A DNA stretch of 64,000 bases. It comes from Escherichia phage Bf23. A program made the translations under genes and the position numbers. The notes below the pieces were generated by a model. It saw only the letters and a list, made by a program, of their open reading frames with translations. It was not told the origin of the DNA and did not search any database. Every line of letters begins with the position of its first letter. Positions within the stretch are counted from its first letter, which is position 1. Shown piece after piece: positions 18,947 through 29,400 of this stretch. The stretch lies in the sequence record OR083247.1. The stretch is one strand, 5' to 3'.

Positions 18947-20295
18947 AGGTTGTTATATCTAATAAAGCCTATTTCAAGCCCGATGATGAACTTTGGGATT
19001 ATTGTAGTAAGCAAACCACTTATCACATAGAGACAATGACTAGTAAATACCCTATCATGTATAAGAATAGTGGTGTTGTTGCCAAAGAGATTAAGTGGAT
19101 TCCTATTACGCGTCTGGACTTACTAGATGCTAAAGGAGTAAAATACGAATTAGTCGATAAACGCACATTAGCTCCGGTAGATATACCAAAACCTAAGTTC
19201 AAGCTGCGTGAAGAAGATCAGCTTCCAATATACGAAGAATGCGATGATACCTGTATTATTAATGGTAAGCCTGGATTTGGTAAAACTATCCTAGCCCTTG
19301 CACTTGCGTATAAATTTGGCCAGAAAACTTTGGTAATCTGTACGAATACATCCATTCGTGAAATGTGGGCGGCAGAAGTTCGTAAATGGTTTGGGTTTGA
19401 ACCAGGCATCATAGGTTCTGGGAAATACAATATTGATCCACCAATTGTAGTCAGTAATATTCAAACAGTGAATAAACATGCGAATAATCTTTCTAAAGTA
19501 TTCGGTACTGTTATAGTTGATGAAGTTCACCATTGTGTGGCTACAACTTTCACTAACTTCCTAGAAATATCATGTGCTCGCTATAAAATTGGACTATCTG
19601 GTACACTAAAACGAAAAGATGGTTTACAAGTTATGTTCAAAGATTTCTTTGGATATAAGATATTTAGCCCACCGGTTAATAATACTGTTGCACCTACAAT
19701 CCATAGGTACTCCGTGCCTGTTGAGCTATCAGGAAACCAAAACGTACCGTGGGCATTACGTGCTAACGATGTGTATAACCATCCTGAATATCGAGAGACT
19801 ATTATAAACCTAGCACATTTATATGTGAATATGGGACATAAAGTACTCATTGTAAGTGATAGAACAGAGTTAATCCAAACAGTACTAGAAGCACTATCTC
19901 AGCGAGGAGTCACAACCTATGAGATTATTGGCGCAACCCACTTAGATGACCGATTAAAAATTCAGGAAGATATAGCAAAAGGTGGGCCTTGTGTGCTTGC
20001 AGCAGCTCAAAGTATCTTCTCGGAAGGTATTTCCCTTAATGAGCTATCTTGTTTAATAATGGGAAGCCTCATTAATAATGAATCTCTCATTGAACAGCTT
20101 GCAGGCCGTGTTCAACGTATTGTTGATGGTAAACTCGACCCTATTGTTGTAGATCTAATTATGAAAGGTGGCACTGGGCTAAGACAGGCTTCTGGACGTA
20201 TGGCAGTATATCGTAACAATGGGTGGAAAACTATTACTATGACTCCGGAGAAAGCAGTTCAATTAGCTAAAATTGCATTTGGCAACAGCTCATAA
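18943..20295 (+). CDS. SF2 DNA helicase (DExH box), T5 D10-like
   Basis: Walker A GKPGFGKT, Walker B VIVDEVHH. Confidence 0.75.
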   Translation: MKVVISNKAYFKPDDELWDYCSKQTTYHIETMTSKYPIMYKNSGVVAKEIKWIPITRLDLLDAKGVKYELVDKRTLAPVDIPKPKFKLREEDQLPIYEECDDTCIINGKPGFGKTILALALAYKFGQKTLVICTNTSIREMWAAEVRKWFGFEPGIIGSGKYNIDPPIVVSNIQTVNKHANNLSKVFGTVIVDEVHHCVATTFTNFLEISCARYKIGLSGTLKRKDGLQVMFKDFFGYKIFSPPVNNTVAPTIHRYSVPVELSGNQNVPWALRANDVYNHPEYRETIINLAHLYVNMGHKVLIVSDRTELIQTVLEALSQRGVTTYEIIGATHLDDRLKIQEDIAKGGPCVLAAAQSIFSEGISLNELSCLIMGSLINNESLIEQLAGRVQRIVDGKLDPIVVDLIMKGGTGLRQASGRMAVYRNNGWKTITMTPEKAVQLAKIAFGNSS

Positions 20296-20325
20296 ATGAT
20301 GTATAATATATACATAAATTTGAGA
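20279..20325 (+). promoter_or_regulatory. sigma70 early promoter (first of a tandem pair)
   Basis: TTGGCA (20279-20284), 17-bp spacer, TATAAT (20302-20307), leader ACATAAATTTGAGAGAGAAAG. Confidence 0.55.
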
Positions 20326-20378
20326 GAGAAAGTTTCGGATTGATAAGAAAGTCCGAAGCAGAAAAATAAAAATTTTAG

Positions 20379-20425
20379 TTGCTAAATTCTCTCGAAATCT
20401 AGTATAATATATACATAAATTCGAG
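20379..20425 (+). promoter_or_regulatory. sigma70 early promoter (second of the tandem pair)
   Basis: TTGCTA (20379-20384), 18-bp spacer, TATAAT (20403-20408), leader ACATAAATTCGAGGAGAAAAC. Confidence 0.6.
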
Positions 20426-20515
20426 GAGAAAACAAAAATTAAATTCTTCGATTATGAAAAGCTATACTTACTAGCTAGAGGAAATTCCGACCTAATTATT
20501 AAGCTCTTTAAAAGA

Positions 20516-20800
20516 ATGCTTACAGAGCCTGATGCTCACCAATTATTGGTCGGTTCCTCATTCATTTTGAATGAATCAACAATAGTTGATAATACAAATA
20601 AATTGTCTAATAGACAACTGGCAGAATATCTAGGAATTTTAAGTCTACGAAATTATGCCGAATACAAGTTTACAAACGATCCTAGCTTGGACATACAATA
20701 TGTTCCAGTATGGATACCACGTTTAGTAATCGACACTAACCCACTAATCGCAATTAACAAATCGAAATTAATCTTTAAAGAGGAAATAAAATATGGCTAA
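20516..20800 (+). CDS. Hypothetical protein (94 aa)
   Basis: ORF between the tandem promoters and the next gene; no motif. Confidence 0.35.
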   Translation: MLTEPDAHQLLVGSSFILNESTIVDNTNKLSNRQLAEYLGILSLRNYAEYKFTNDPSLDIQYVPVWIPRLVIDTNPLIAINKSKLIFKEEIKYG

Positions 20801-21566
20801 GTCTTGGGGCGAAACTACTGGCGGTTCTAACGATAAAATCGAATTCCTGAAGTTCAACAACGGTATCACTCGTGTTCGTATCGTTTCTGGTGTTCTTCCA
20901 CGTTATGTCTATTGGCTGACTAATAAAGAAGGTAGCGTAGCTCCTTTCGAATGTCTCCGTTTTAACCGCGACAAAGAGAGCTTTGTTCGTGGTAAAGCTG
21001 ATCCGGTTCATGAGATGGGCTTCTTTGAGAAAGAGCTAGATAAAGATGGTAATCGCGTTCCGCTGAAACCAAAGAAAAACTATATCGCTTTTGTTATCGA
21101 CCGTTCTGATAACAAACTGAAAGTAATGGAAGTCAAAGCTACTATTCTGAAAGGCATCCAGTCTATCATGAAGCAGTTGAATCTGGCAACTCCGTTTGAT
21201 ATTGATATTTCTATCGAGAAAAAAGGCAAAGGTTTCGATACTGAGTATGATGTACAACAGATTGCTGCTATGCAGTTCCAGATTAAGCTGCAAGATCCTA
21301 ATAGTGCAGAATCTAAGCAATATGCTGCTGATGTAGATCTGATCGGTGAAGCTATGTGTGACGAAGATGGCGACATCATTAAGTTCGAAAAAGTTCCTTC
21401 TCTGGAACAAACCTATCCGGTTCCTACCTATGAAGAGCAGAAAGAAGCAATTCAAGCCTTCATGGAAGGTCGCGAGAATAAAGATGATGATGCCAAATCT
21501 GGTAACAGCAATGCTGGTTCCCAGAAAGGTATTGATCACGAAGCTGCAAGCGATCTGGATGACTAA
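20793..21566 (+). CDS. Putative ssDNA-binding protein with acidic C-terminal tail (257 aa)
   Basis: Host-like codon usage; acidic C-terminus ..HEAASDLDD as in SSB/gp32-type proteins. Speculative call. Confidence 0.45.
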   Translation: MAKSWGETTGGSNDKIEFLKFNNGITRVRIVSGVLPRYVYWLTNKEGSVAPFECLRFNRDKESFVRGKADPVHEMGFFEKELDKDGNRVPLKPKKNYIAFVIDRSDNKLKVMEVKATILKGIQSIMKQLNLATPFDIDISIEKKGKGFDTEYDVQQIAAMQFQIKLQDPNSAESKQYAADVDLIGEAMCDEDGDIIKFEKVPSLEQTYPVPTYEEQKEAIQAFMEGRENKDDDAKSGNSNAGSQKGIDHEAASDLDD

Positions 21567-21572
21567 TAGATA

Positions 21573-21597
21573 GAGGGGCTTCGGCCCCTTTCTTTTT
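21573..21597 (+). terminator. Rho-independent terminator
   Basis: GGGGC-TTCG-GCCCC tetraloop hairpin followed by TTTCTTTTT. Confidence 0.75.
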
Positions 21598-21602
21598 AAC
21601 TT

Positions 21603-22580
21603 ATGAGAATATTATTTAGTGCTGATCATCATATCAAACTAGGACAAGATAAAGTTCCAAAGGAATGGCAGAAGCGTCGCTTCCTGATGCTAGGAGAACG
21701 GTTAAATGATATATTCCATAATCATAACTGTGATCTTCATATTGCTGGTGGTGATATACTTGATGTTGCCGACCCGTCGTCAGAAGAAATAGAACTGCTT
21801 GAACAGTTCATGTCAAGACTTGACCATCCAGGCAAAATCTTTACTGGAAATCATGAAATGTTAACTAAAACCATTTCGTGTCTGTATCATTACGCGGGGG
21901 TTATTAATAAAGTAACTAGTGGGAAGTGGGAAGTAATTACCAAACCATATCGTTCCCCTGAATTTGATATTGTTCCATATGATGAGATCCATAAATCTAA
22001 GTGGAAACCTCCTGTATCAAAACTATGTTTCACGCATGTTCGTGGTGAAATCCCTCCACATGTAAAACCAGAAATTGATCTAACTAAGTACAACTGTTAT
22101 GATACTGTAATTGCTGGCGATTTACATTCTTATACTAATAGCCAGACTATCGGATCTACTAGACTTCTCTACCCAGGATCTCCATTAACTACATCGTTCC
22201 ATAGAGAACGCACAAAAGGTACAAATGGTTGTTTTATCGTTGATACCGACACATTAAAAGTAGAATGGATTGAACTAGGTGATTTACCACAACTGATTCG
22301 TAAAACAATCGGAGCAGGTGAAGAGATGGAACCTAGTGATTATGATCGTGTAGTCTACGAAGTTACTGGTGACGTTGTTCAATTAAAGTCTATTAAAGAC
22401 TCTGATTTATTAGATAAGAAGATTAACCATCGAGTTACTAAAGATGCTAAGTTAAATCTTGTTGATCTTGATATGTTGGGCGAACTTGAACTTTACTTCC
22501 GTGAAGTCGAGAAGCTATCTCAAGGCGACATTGATAGAATCTTGGCTAGAGCTGCGAAATATGTCAAAGATTACAATTAA
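21603..22580 (+). CDS. sbcD: SbcD/Mre11-like nuclease subunit
   Basis: Calcineurin-like phosphoesterase motifs LFSADHH and FTGNHEM. Confidence 0.85.
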   Translation: MRILFSADHHIKLGQDKVPKEWQKRRFLMLGERLNDIFHNHNCDLHIAGGDILDVADPSSEEIELLEQFMSRLDHPGKIFTGNHEMLTKTISCLYHYAGVINKVTSGKWEVITKPYRSPEFDIVPYDEIHKSKWKPPVSKLCFTHVRGEIPPHVKPEIDLTKYNCYDTVIAGDLHSYTNSQTIGSTRLLYPGSPLTTSFHRERTKGTNGCFIVDTDTLKVEWIELGDLPQLIRKTIGAGEEMEPSDYDRVVYEVTGDVVQLKSIKDSDLLDKKINHRVTKDAKLNLVDLDMLGELELYFREVEKLSQGDIDRILARAAKYVKDYN

Positions 22581-24399
22581 GACACTAAAATTTAGTAACG
22601 TTATGTCTTACGGTAAGGACATCGTAATTCATTTCGATAAGAATCCAGTTACTCAATTAATTGGTGGCAATGGGCTAGGGAAGTCCACCATCGCCACGGT
22701 TATCGAGGAATTGTTTTATAACAAGAACTCTCGAGGTATCAAGAAGGATGCTCTATTCTCCTGGGCTTCTCCGAAGAAAGAGTATGATATGCACGCTTAC
22801 TTCTCAAAAGATGAAGATGAGTATGAATTGCATAAAGTAGTTAAATCAACTGCTAAGATTACACTCATTAAGAATGGGGAAGATATTAGCGGACATACGG
22901 CAACCCAAACATATAAGATGATTGAAGAAATTATGGGTGGTGACTTTCAAACATTCACCAAACTGATTTATCAATCAGTGGGTTCCAACCTAGATTTTCT
23001 AAAAGCAACAGATGCAACACGTAAGGCTTTTCTTGTTAATTTGTTCAATCAAGAACAGTACAAAGAAATGTCGGAAACTATTAAGGCTGACCGTAAAGAA
23101 ATAGCAAATACCTTAAATAATTTGCAGGGCCAAATGGCTGTAATTACAAAAATCCTTAATGGAAAAAATAATCTAGGAACTTTGCAGGAACCTGTAGAAG
23201 TACCGGAGTTTGATGAAGAGCCATTAGCACAAGAACTTACTGAATCGAAAATTAAGGCGGCATTAGCCAAGTCTCAAGAGGCTAATATTACTAAGTTGCG
23301 TAATTTGGACAAAGCTGTACAAGTTGCCGAACAATCTTTCGAACCTTTCAAAAATTTGCCCGCGCCCACCGACCTAAATGAAGAGATCTCGAGTGTTACG
23401 CGTGACCTAACGATTGTGACCTCACGTGCGAGCGAAGTTAAGAAACGTTATCAGAAGTTCAAGCAAGAGGCTTCAAATACTGAATGTCCTACTTGTGGTA
23501 CTCATCTGGATACAACTGCTGCTCAAAAAGCAATGGATATGGCTAGAGTAGAATATGATCCTCTGTTCAAAGAGAAGCAATCTCTTGAAGCTAAGCTAGA
23601 ACAGTTGAAGAAAGAACAACTTGAGTACGTTGCGTATACTAGAGCAAAGGATGCTTTGGATAAAGCAGTGGTAGCTAGAGACGAGTTCAAAAATTCAATG
23701 AGTGATGCTTCTTTTGAAGAACTCAATGTGCAAATCCTACAGGTGCAAATCCGACAACTAGAACAGGAAATCGCTGATGGCCGCTCTAAGGTTGCAATTG
23801 CCAAAGAGCATAATGCAAATGTCGAATTAGCCAATGCAAAATATAAAGCAAAGTTAGAGCAGATTGAGAAAGCAGAAGCAGAAATGACTGAGATTACTTC
23901 CAAACTTGATGGAGTAGCCGAAGCTGTAGCTGATCTCGATATTCTAATTGCTGCATTGAAAAATCTGGTGGGGTATAAACTAGAGCATAGTGTGAAAGTA
24001 TTTGAAGAGCTAATTAATAAATACCTTTCTATTATGACTGGCGGTAAATTCGCACTTGGATTTGAACTAGATGAAACTAAATTACAAGTAGTAATCTTCA
24101 ATGATGGAAATCGTACCAGTATGGAGAACTGCTCTACTGGTCAGCAAAGTCGAATCAACCTAGCAACTCTGTTAGCGATTCGTATGCTGTTAACATCTAT
24201 TAGTAAAGTTAATATTAATCTTCTATTCCTTGATGAAGTAATTAGCTTTATTGATACGAAAGGGCTTGATACTCTCGTTGAACTATTAAATGAGGAAGAA
24301 AGTCTAAATTCTATCATTGTTTCTCATGGGCATACGCATCCATTAGCTCATAAGATTACTGTCAAAAAAGATGCAGAAGGATTTTCCTACTTAGAATAA
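22561..24399 (+). CDS. sbcC: SbcC/Rad50-like ATPase subunit (start moved to ATG 22561, MSKITIKTL..)
   Basis: Walker A GGNGLGKST, long coiled-coil middle with zinc hook CPTCGT, Walker B LLFLDEVISFID. The upstream in-frame stretch from 22459 overlaps sbcD and is probably not translated. Confidence 0.85.
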   Translation: MSKITIKTLKFSNVMSYGKDIVIHFDKNPVTQLIGGNGLGKSTIATVIEELFYNKNSRGIKKDALFSWASPKKEYDMHAYFSKDEDEYELHKVVKSTAKITLIKNGEDISGHTATQTYKMIEEIMGGDFQTFTKLIYQSVGSNLDFLKATDATRKAFLVNLFNQEQYKEMSETIKADRKEIANTLNNLQGQMAVITKILNGKNNLGTLQEPVEVPEFDEEPLAQELTESKIKAALAKSQEANITKLRNLDKAVQVAEQSFEPFKNLPAPTDLNEEISSVTRDLTIVTSRASEVKKRYQKFKQEASNTECPTCGTHLDTTAAQKAMDMARVEYDPLFKEKQSLEAKLEQLKKEQLEYVAYTRAKDALDKAVVARDEFKNSMSDASFEELNVQILQVQIRQLEQEIADGRSKVAIAKEHNANVELANAKYKAKLEQIEKAEAEMTEITSKLDGVAEAVADLDILIAALKNLVGYKLEHSVKVFEELINKYLSIMTGGKFALGFELDETKLQVVIFNDGNRTSMENCSTGQQSRINLATLLAIRMLLTSISKVNINLLFLDEVISFIDTKGLDTLVELLNEEESLNSIIVSHGHTHPLAHKITVKKDAEGFSYLE

Positions 24400-24402
24400 A
24401 AC

Positions 24403-24885
24403 ATGGCTGTAGATAGTAGAGATAAAGGTAAACGTGGTGAATATCAGGTAAGAGATATTCTACGTGAGCGTACAGGTCTTGAGTGGGAACGTGTTCCTGG
24501 CTCTGGTGCTTTTGGCCAGAGCCACGGACTGAAAGGTGACATCTACCTTCCACCACAAAGTGGACACATTAGTAAATACTGCTTCGAAGTTAAGTGGTAT
24601 AAAGATGATAATATATCAAGTAATTTATTTAATGTTGGTGAATCCACTCTAGAGAAGTGGTGGCAGCAGTGCTCACGTGAAGGTGAGCAGATGAACTCCA
24701 AACCTGCATTAATATTCAAAAAAGACAGAGGACAGTGGTTAATAGCTTTGGATAGCTCAGACCCGATGGTTGACAACTTAATGAGTCGTACCCATATGGT
24801 GTTAAATAAGAAAGGCATGGAAATCGTAATCGGTTTATTTGAGCCGTGGCTACATAATGCATCTGTTGAGGACTTAATTAAATAA
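24403..24885 (+). CDS. PD-(D/E)xK-type putative nuclease (160 aa)
   Basis: ..GDIYL.. followed by FEVKW fits the D..(D/E)xK core. Weak call. Confidence 0.45.
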   Translation: MAVDSRDKGKRGEYQVRDILRERTGLEWERVPGSGAFGQSHGLKGDIYLPPQSGHISKYCFEVKWYKDDNISSNLFNVGESTLEKWWQQCSREGEQMNSKPALIFKKDRGQWLIALDSSDPMVDNLMSRTHMVLNKKGMEIVIGLFEPWLHNASVEDLIK

Positions 24886-25760
24886 TGAGTAAATCCTGGG
24901 GAAAATTTATTGAAGAAGAGGAAGCTGAAATGGCTTCCCGTCGTAACCTAATGATTGTCGATGGAACTAACTTAGGCTTTCGCTTCAAACATAACAACAG
25001 TAAAAAACCATTTGCCTCAAGTTATGTTTCCACTATCCAGTCTCTAGCAAAATCTTATTCTGCTAGAACTACAATAGTTTTAGGGGATAAAGGGAAGTCT
25101 GCATTCCGCTTAGAGCATCTTCCTGAGTATAAGGGGAATCGAGATGAGAAATACTCGCAGCGTACGGAAGAGGAGAAAGCACTAGATGAGCAGTTCTTCG
25201 AGTATTTGAGAGATGCTTTCGAATTATGTGAAACTACATTCCCAACTTTCACTATTCGTGGTGTAGAAGCAGATGATATGGCGGCTTATATTGTTAAACT
25301 CATTGGGCATCTATATGATCATGTTTGGTTAATCTCTACAGACGGTGACTGGGATACTTTACTAACAGATAAAGTTTCTCGTTTTTCTTTCACAACACGT
25401 CGTGAATATCATCTTCGTGATATGTATGAGCATCATAATGTTGACAATGTAGAGCAGTTTATCTCTCTAAAAGCAATTATGGGGGATCTAGGAGATAATA
25501 TTCGTGGTGTTGAAGGTATTGGGGCAAAACGCGGATATAATATTATTCGTGAGTTTGGCAACGTACTGGATATTATTGATCAGCTCCCACTACCTGGAAA
25601 ACAGAAATATATACAGAATTTAAATGCTTCGGAAGAATTGCTTTACCGAAACCTAATTCTGGTTGATTTACCTACCTACTGTGTGGATGCTATTGCTGCT
25701 GTAGGTCAAGACGTATTAGATAAGTTTACAAAAGATATTTTGGAGATTGCAGGACAATGA
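24885..25760 (+). CDS. 5'-3' exonuclease / flap endonuclease (T5 D15-like)
   Basis: N-terminal MIVDGTNLGFRF and H3TH motif GDLGDNIRGVEGIGAKRG; 291 aa as recalled for T5 flap endonuclease. Confidence 0.9.
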   Translation: MSKSWGKFIEEEEAEMASRRNLMIVDGTNLGFRFKHNNSKKPFASSYVSTIQSLAKSYSARTTIVLGDKGKSAFRLEHLPEYKGNRDEKYSQRTEEEKALDEQFFEYLRDAFELCETTFPTFTIRGVEADDMAAYIVKLIGHLYDHVWLISTDGDWDTLLTDKVSRFSFTTRREYHLRDMYEHHNVDNVEQFISLKAIMGDLGDNIRGVEGIGAKRGYNIIREFGNVLDIIDQLPLPGKQKYIQNLNASEELLYRNLILVDLPTYCVDAIAAVGQDVLDKFTKDILEIAGQ

Positions 25761-26203
25761 TTAAAATTAAATTAACTCATCCAGATTGTATGCCTAAGAT
25801 TGGTTCCGAAGATGCCGCAGGTATGGATCTGCGGGCATTCTTTGGTACTAACCCTGCAGCGGATTTACGTGCTATTGCACCAGGCAAATCCCTAATGATT
25901 GACACCGGTGTTGCGGTAGAAATTCCGCGAGGTTGGTTCGGTTTAGTGGTTCCGCGTAGTTCTTTAGGAAAGCGCCATTTGATGATCGCAAACACCGCAG
26001 GAGTGATCGACTCAGACTATCGTGGAACTATTAAGATGAACCTGTTCAACTACGGTTCTGAAATTCAAACTCTGGAGAATTTCGAGAGACTTTGTCAACT
26101 AGTGGTACTACCACATTACTCAACCCATAATTTTAAAATCGTTGACGAACTAGAGGAGACTATTCGTGGAGAAGGTGGATTTGGAAGCTCAGGAAGCAAG
26201 TAA
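25757..26203 (+). CDS. dut: dUTP diphosphatase
   Basis: dUTPase motifs AAGMDLRA, PRSSLGKRH, GVIDSDYRG, RGEGGFGSSG. Confidence 0.85.
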   Translation: MIKIKLTHPDCMPKIGSEDAAGMDLRAFFGTNPAADLRAIAPGKSLMIDTGVAVEIPRGWFGLVVPRSSLGKRHLMIANTAGVIDSDYRGTIKMNLFNYGSEIQTLENFERLCQLVVLPHYSTHNFKIVDELEETIRGEGGFGSSGSK

Positions 26204-26429
26204 TTTTGTTGATCCTAGTATGATAGGTATTGATACTAATATGTCAACTTATCGAACTAAAACTACAGAACCAGAAACATTTGTACTAAAAACAGACAAA
26301 GAAGGTAATGTTACTTTCTGGGATCCTGAAGGTTTTGTAGAGCTTTGTAATAATACAGATAATGAGCAGTTAAAATTACTACTAACTATTTATAATCTTG
26401 GTATTATAGAAGGTTGTAGAAGCAAATAA
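26166..26429 (+). CDS. Hypothetical protein (87 aa from GTG 26166; alternative ATG 26220)
   Basis: ORF overlapping the 3' end of dut; start uncertain. Confidence 0.35.
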   Translation: MEKVDLEAQEASNFVDPSMIGIDTNMSTYRTKTTEPETFVLKTDKEGNVTFWDPEGFVELCNNTDNEQLKLLLTIYNLGIIEGCRSK

Positions 26430-26435
26430 TAGAAA

Positions 26436-26471
26436 AACCCCAGTGGACAAAATCCACTGGGGTTTCTTTTT
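26436..26471. terminator. Bidirectional rho-independent terminator between the convergent early (+) and late (-) modules
   Basis: 12-bp stem AACCCCAGTGGA / TCCACTGGGGTT with A-run on one side and T-run on the other. Confidence 0.75.
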
Positions 26472-26475
26472 ATAT

Positions 26476-29400
26476 TTAACTATTTTTCATAGTAGTCAAC
26501 AAGTGCTCTACTACAGTTTTCAAATCTTCCACATCTTTCTCAAGTTTATTAATACGTTCGGTTTTCTCCTCATCCCGTTGTGCTAATACTTTTATAGCAC
26601 ATAGCGCGTCTAGTAAAAGAACGTTATTATCTAGAACGATCCTTTCCTTCGTATCAGTATACCCTTGAACAACCCCATCATCATCAACAATGGGTTCCCC
26701 ACATGGTTCATATGTGTGCTTGACGTATGTAGGATCTATCTCCTCAATCTGTTGAGCAATGACCCCTCTGCGAGTACGTTTTTTCTCATCATCCTTAAAT
26801 ACAAAAGTAACAAGATCCATAGCCTTAATATTTTCTATGGAACGAATACCATCATATTCTTCTATGTTAGTCTTGTAGTTAATGTCAGATGTTCCACTTA
26901 ATGCAAGTGTACCCGCCGCTGTAGGAAAGTTAATGATCCATTGTCCAGTATTGTTAGCATTATTACGACGTGCTACATATAATGCACCATCGGGAGATAC
27001 TTCAAATAAGTTACGTGTACCAACTGTCGCATCACCTTTAGCAGTAGTAGTAATAGCAATGCCACTATATCTTGTAGTAGTTACATCTACAGAACCTTTA
27101 GACGTCCATCCCTGCTCAAACCTAGTATTTAGAGTAAAGTAAGAACTTACCCCCAATTTAAGCTCGTTCTGAGTACGACTATAGTTGAATAGTTCAGCTC
27201 CAGCAGTGCTATCTCTATTAAGTCTAAACCCACCACCATCTGCTACAAACATGTAAGTAGAGTTATCTGCGTCAGACTCCACAAATGATAGCGTTGGATT
27301 ACCAGACTTAAGAGTAAGCGGATTGGCAGCACTACATAGAATATCTCCAAGAAAAGTATTACTTCCTGTGAATCTATTATCCAGCTCTAGCATCGCAGCA
27401 CTTTTCCAAGGAACATCCGTTTTTGAGGTTGTAGGCTGATTAGTTGTTAGAAATCTGCTGTAGAGTCTTCCAGCACCATCAATCCAGCTCTGCATAATGC
27501 GGTTTTCAGCATAACTAGACTGAAAACCACCACCGTTGCTAGGTGCCCAGGAAGGGTCCCCCGCGTTATCACTGATGAAACCATCTCGTGCATCCGTAGG
27601 AATTTTAGGGGCTAATGTAGCAGTAATAAGTTTTAACCATTCACCTACAGTACCCCCTTCAATACTTCTAGCAAAGAATTTTGAGTTACGTCCGGCAAAT
27701 TGGGTTGCGTATGTGCCGCTAAATCCAACATGAAAACCACCATAAGTTATGCTGCTTTCAGGTGTGTTAAGATTCCCGGCAATAGCTTTAAATTTGTTTA
27801 CGCCGTCTGACTGCTGAGCGTTCCAGTCCTGGTCTGAATACGTTCCCAATCCGTTTGGTGGCTGTATAATTCCGTTTGCTTGTACAACCTGGTAAGAGTC
27901 ACCATACTTATTGCGGTATGTATCGCTGCAATAAAATCCTGTTGCACCCGATGTAAAATCAAGTAAATTTCCGTATATACCTAGACCACCGTCAATGCCG
28001 TCACTTGCATCTGAGATACCCCATTTATAAACAGGAGCATCACTTGCAGTTGCTGGCGACCAATCTGCTGTAGGAATGGTGATAGTAGATCCTACTGTTG
28101 CAGCAAGTCTAATTGGGAAAGCGTCACCGCGAACATAGATCGCGTTATGTGGATAGTATGCCTTGTCAGTACCACGCACGCAAAGTATAGCTACCTCACC
28201 AGAATCATAGCAATGGTAGTGCCCAAAAGCTCCCTGACCCATATCAGACCAACCAGCATCACGAATCCACATATGTATCATGTTACAGTTTGGCTCCTGT
28301 GATCCACTAAGAGATCGTGTACGCATTGATACTTCTACAAATGCATCGCCATTCCATCCTGCCGGATGACTAATAATTACTGGGTAATACTTTTTAGCTT
28401 CAGCTCCTGCGGGGGCATTATAGTCATACCAACGAGATAATCCAGTATTAGGAATTAATAGACTATCTTTTGTTTGTTGCAATTTTGCTTTGGGAACGGA
28501 TAGAAGAGCAGCCTGTACATTTGGTAAATCAATCTGGTCATTTTTATAGCTATAACCTATTACGTATTCACCATTATACCCGTCTCCATCTTTTTGTATA
28601 CGCCAGTTACCACCATCAAAAATGAAGTTGTAGTAAGGGGCATTAGCTGGGCGATCAGTTTCATTGAATTGGATCGTAGGATGCTGGCTTGTCAGAGTTA
28701 GTGGGTTACTTACATTAGATCTTAATTCAGCACTAGAACCAATAAATTTTCCATTAGTGGCTACGTTGCCATCTTCGTCCATTCCAAGATACTGATTTTT
28801 ATCGCCAGTTTGTAGATGCAAGGTAGCCCATCCGCGGTTATCTCCTCGAAATTCTGGGTATAAGCGAAGCCTCGTTCTTTGTGTACCGGCACCATTATTT
28901 AGAATGCACTGTAATATACCACCAGCCACCTGATTTGCATCGGAAGATCTTACAAGATTAAGAGCGTAGAATTGTGGAGTACTTGTCCAATCATATGACT
29001 GAAAAATCTTCCACTCGGTCCACTCCCAGCCAGTTGTCGAGGATTGCTTGATATATTGGCGCATATAGAACGAACCATTAATGGAGTTGTAAGGAAAGTA
29101 TAGCTGAGTACCTCCTTGCGGGCCATTAGCGTTATTCTGCATTACAAGAAGTGCACCAGCACTAGTTACAGGGAAGTGGTTCGCCGACGTAGCACCAGCA
29201 TTGGCACCTTGATGATAAAAACCTGCCCTAGTACCATCAAGCGTGTTAAGATCAGTACCATTAAGATCTGCTTTTTGGTCTCTCATTGCATTAAGATTGG
29301 TTAACGCAGAATTATAGTCACGTGCACCAGTACCACCCTGCTCTATTGCTAATGGCTTCCAATTTTGATCAGCTGGACTGTAATATCCCCATCTTCCACT

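Noticed and set aside
21036-21539. 167-aa and 99-aa antisense ORFs inside the 20793-21566 gene
   Set aside because: Opposite strand of a gene with strong codon bias; no start context.
22459-22560. Upstream extension of the SbcC-like ORF given by the six-frame track
   Set aside because: It overlaps the end of sbcD by more than 100 nt; the ATG at 22561 gives the typical MSKITIK.. Rad50-type N-terminus.
23523-24101. 192-aa antisense ORF inside the SbcC-like gene
   Set aside because: Low-complexity Ser/Ala/Leu-rich translation of the opposite strand of a coiled-coil coding region; no RBS.
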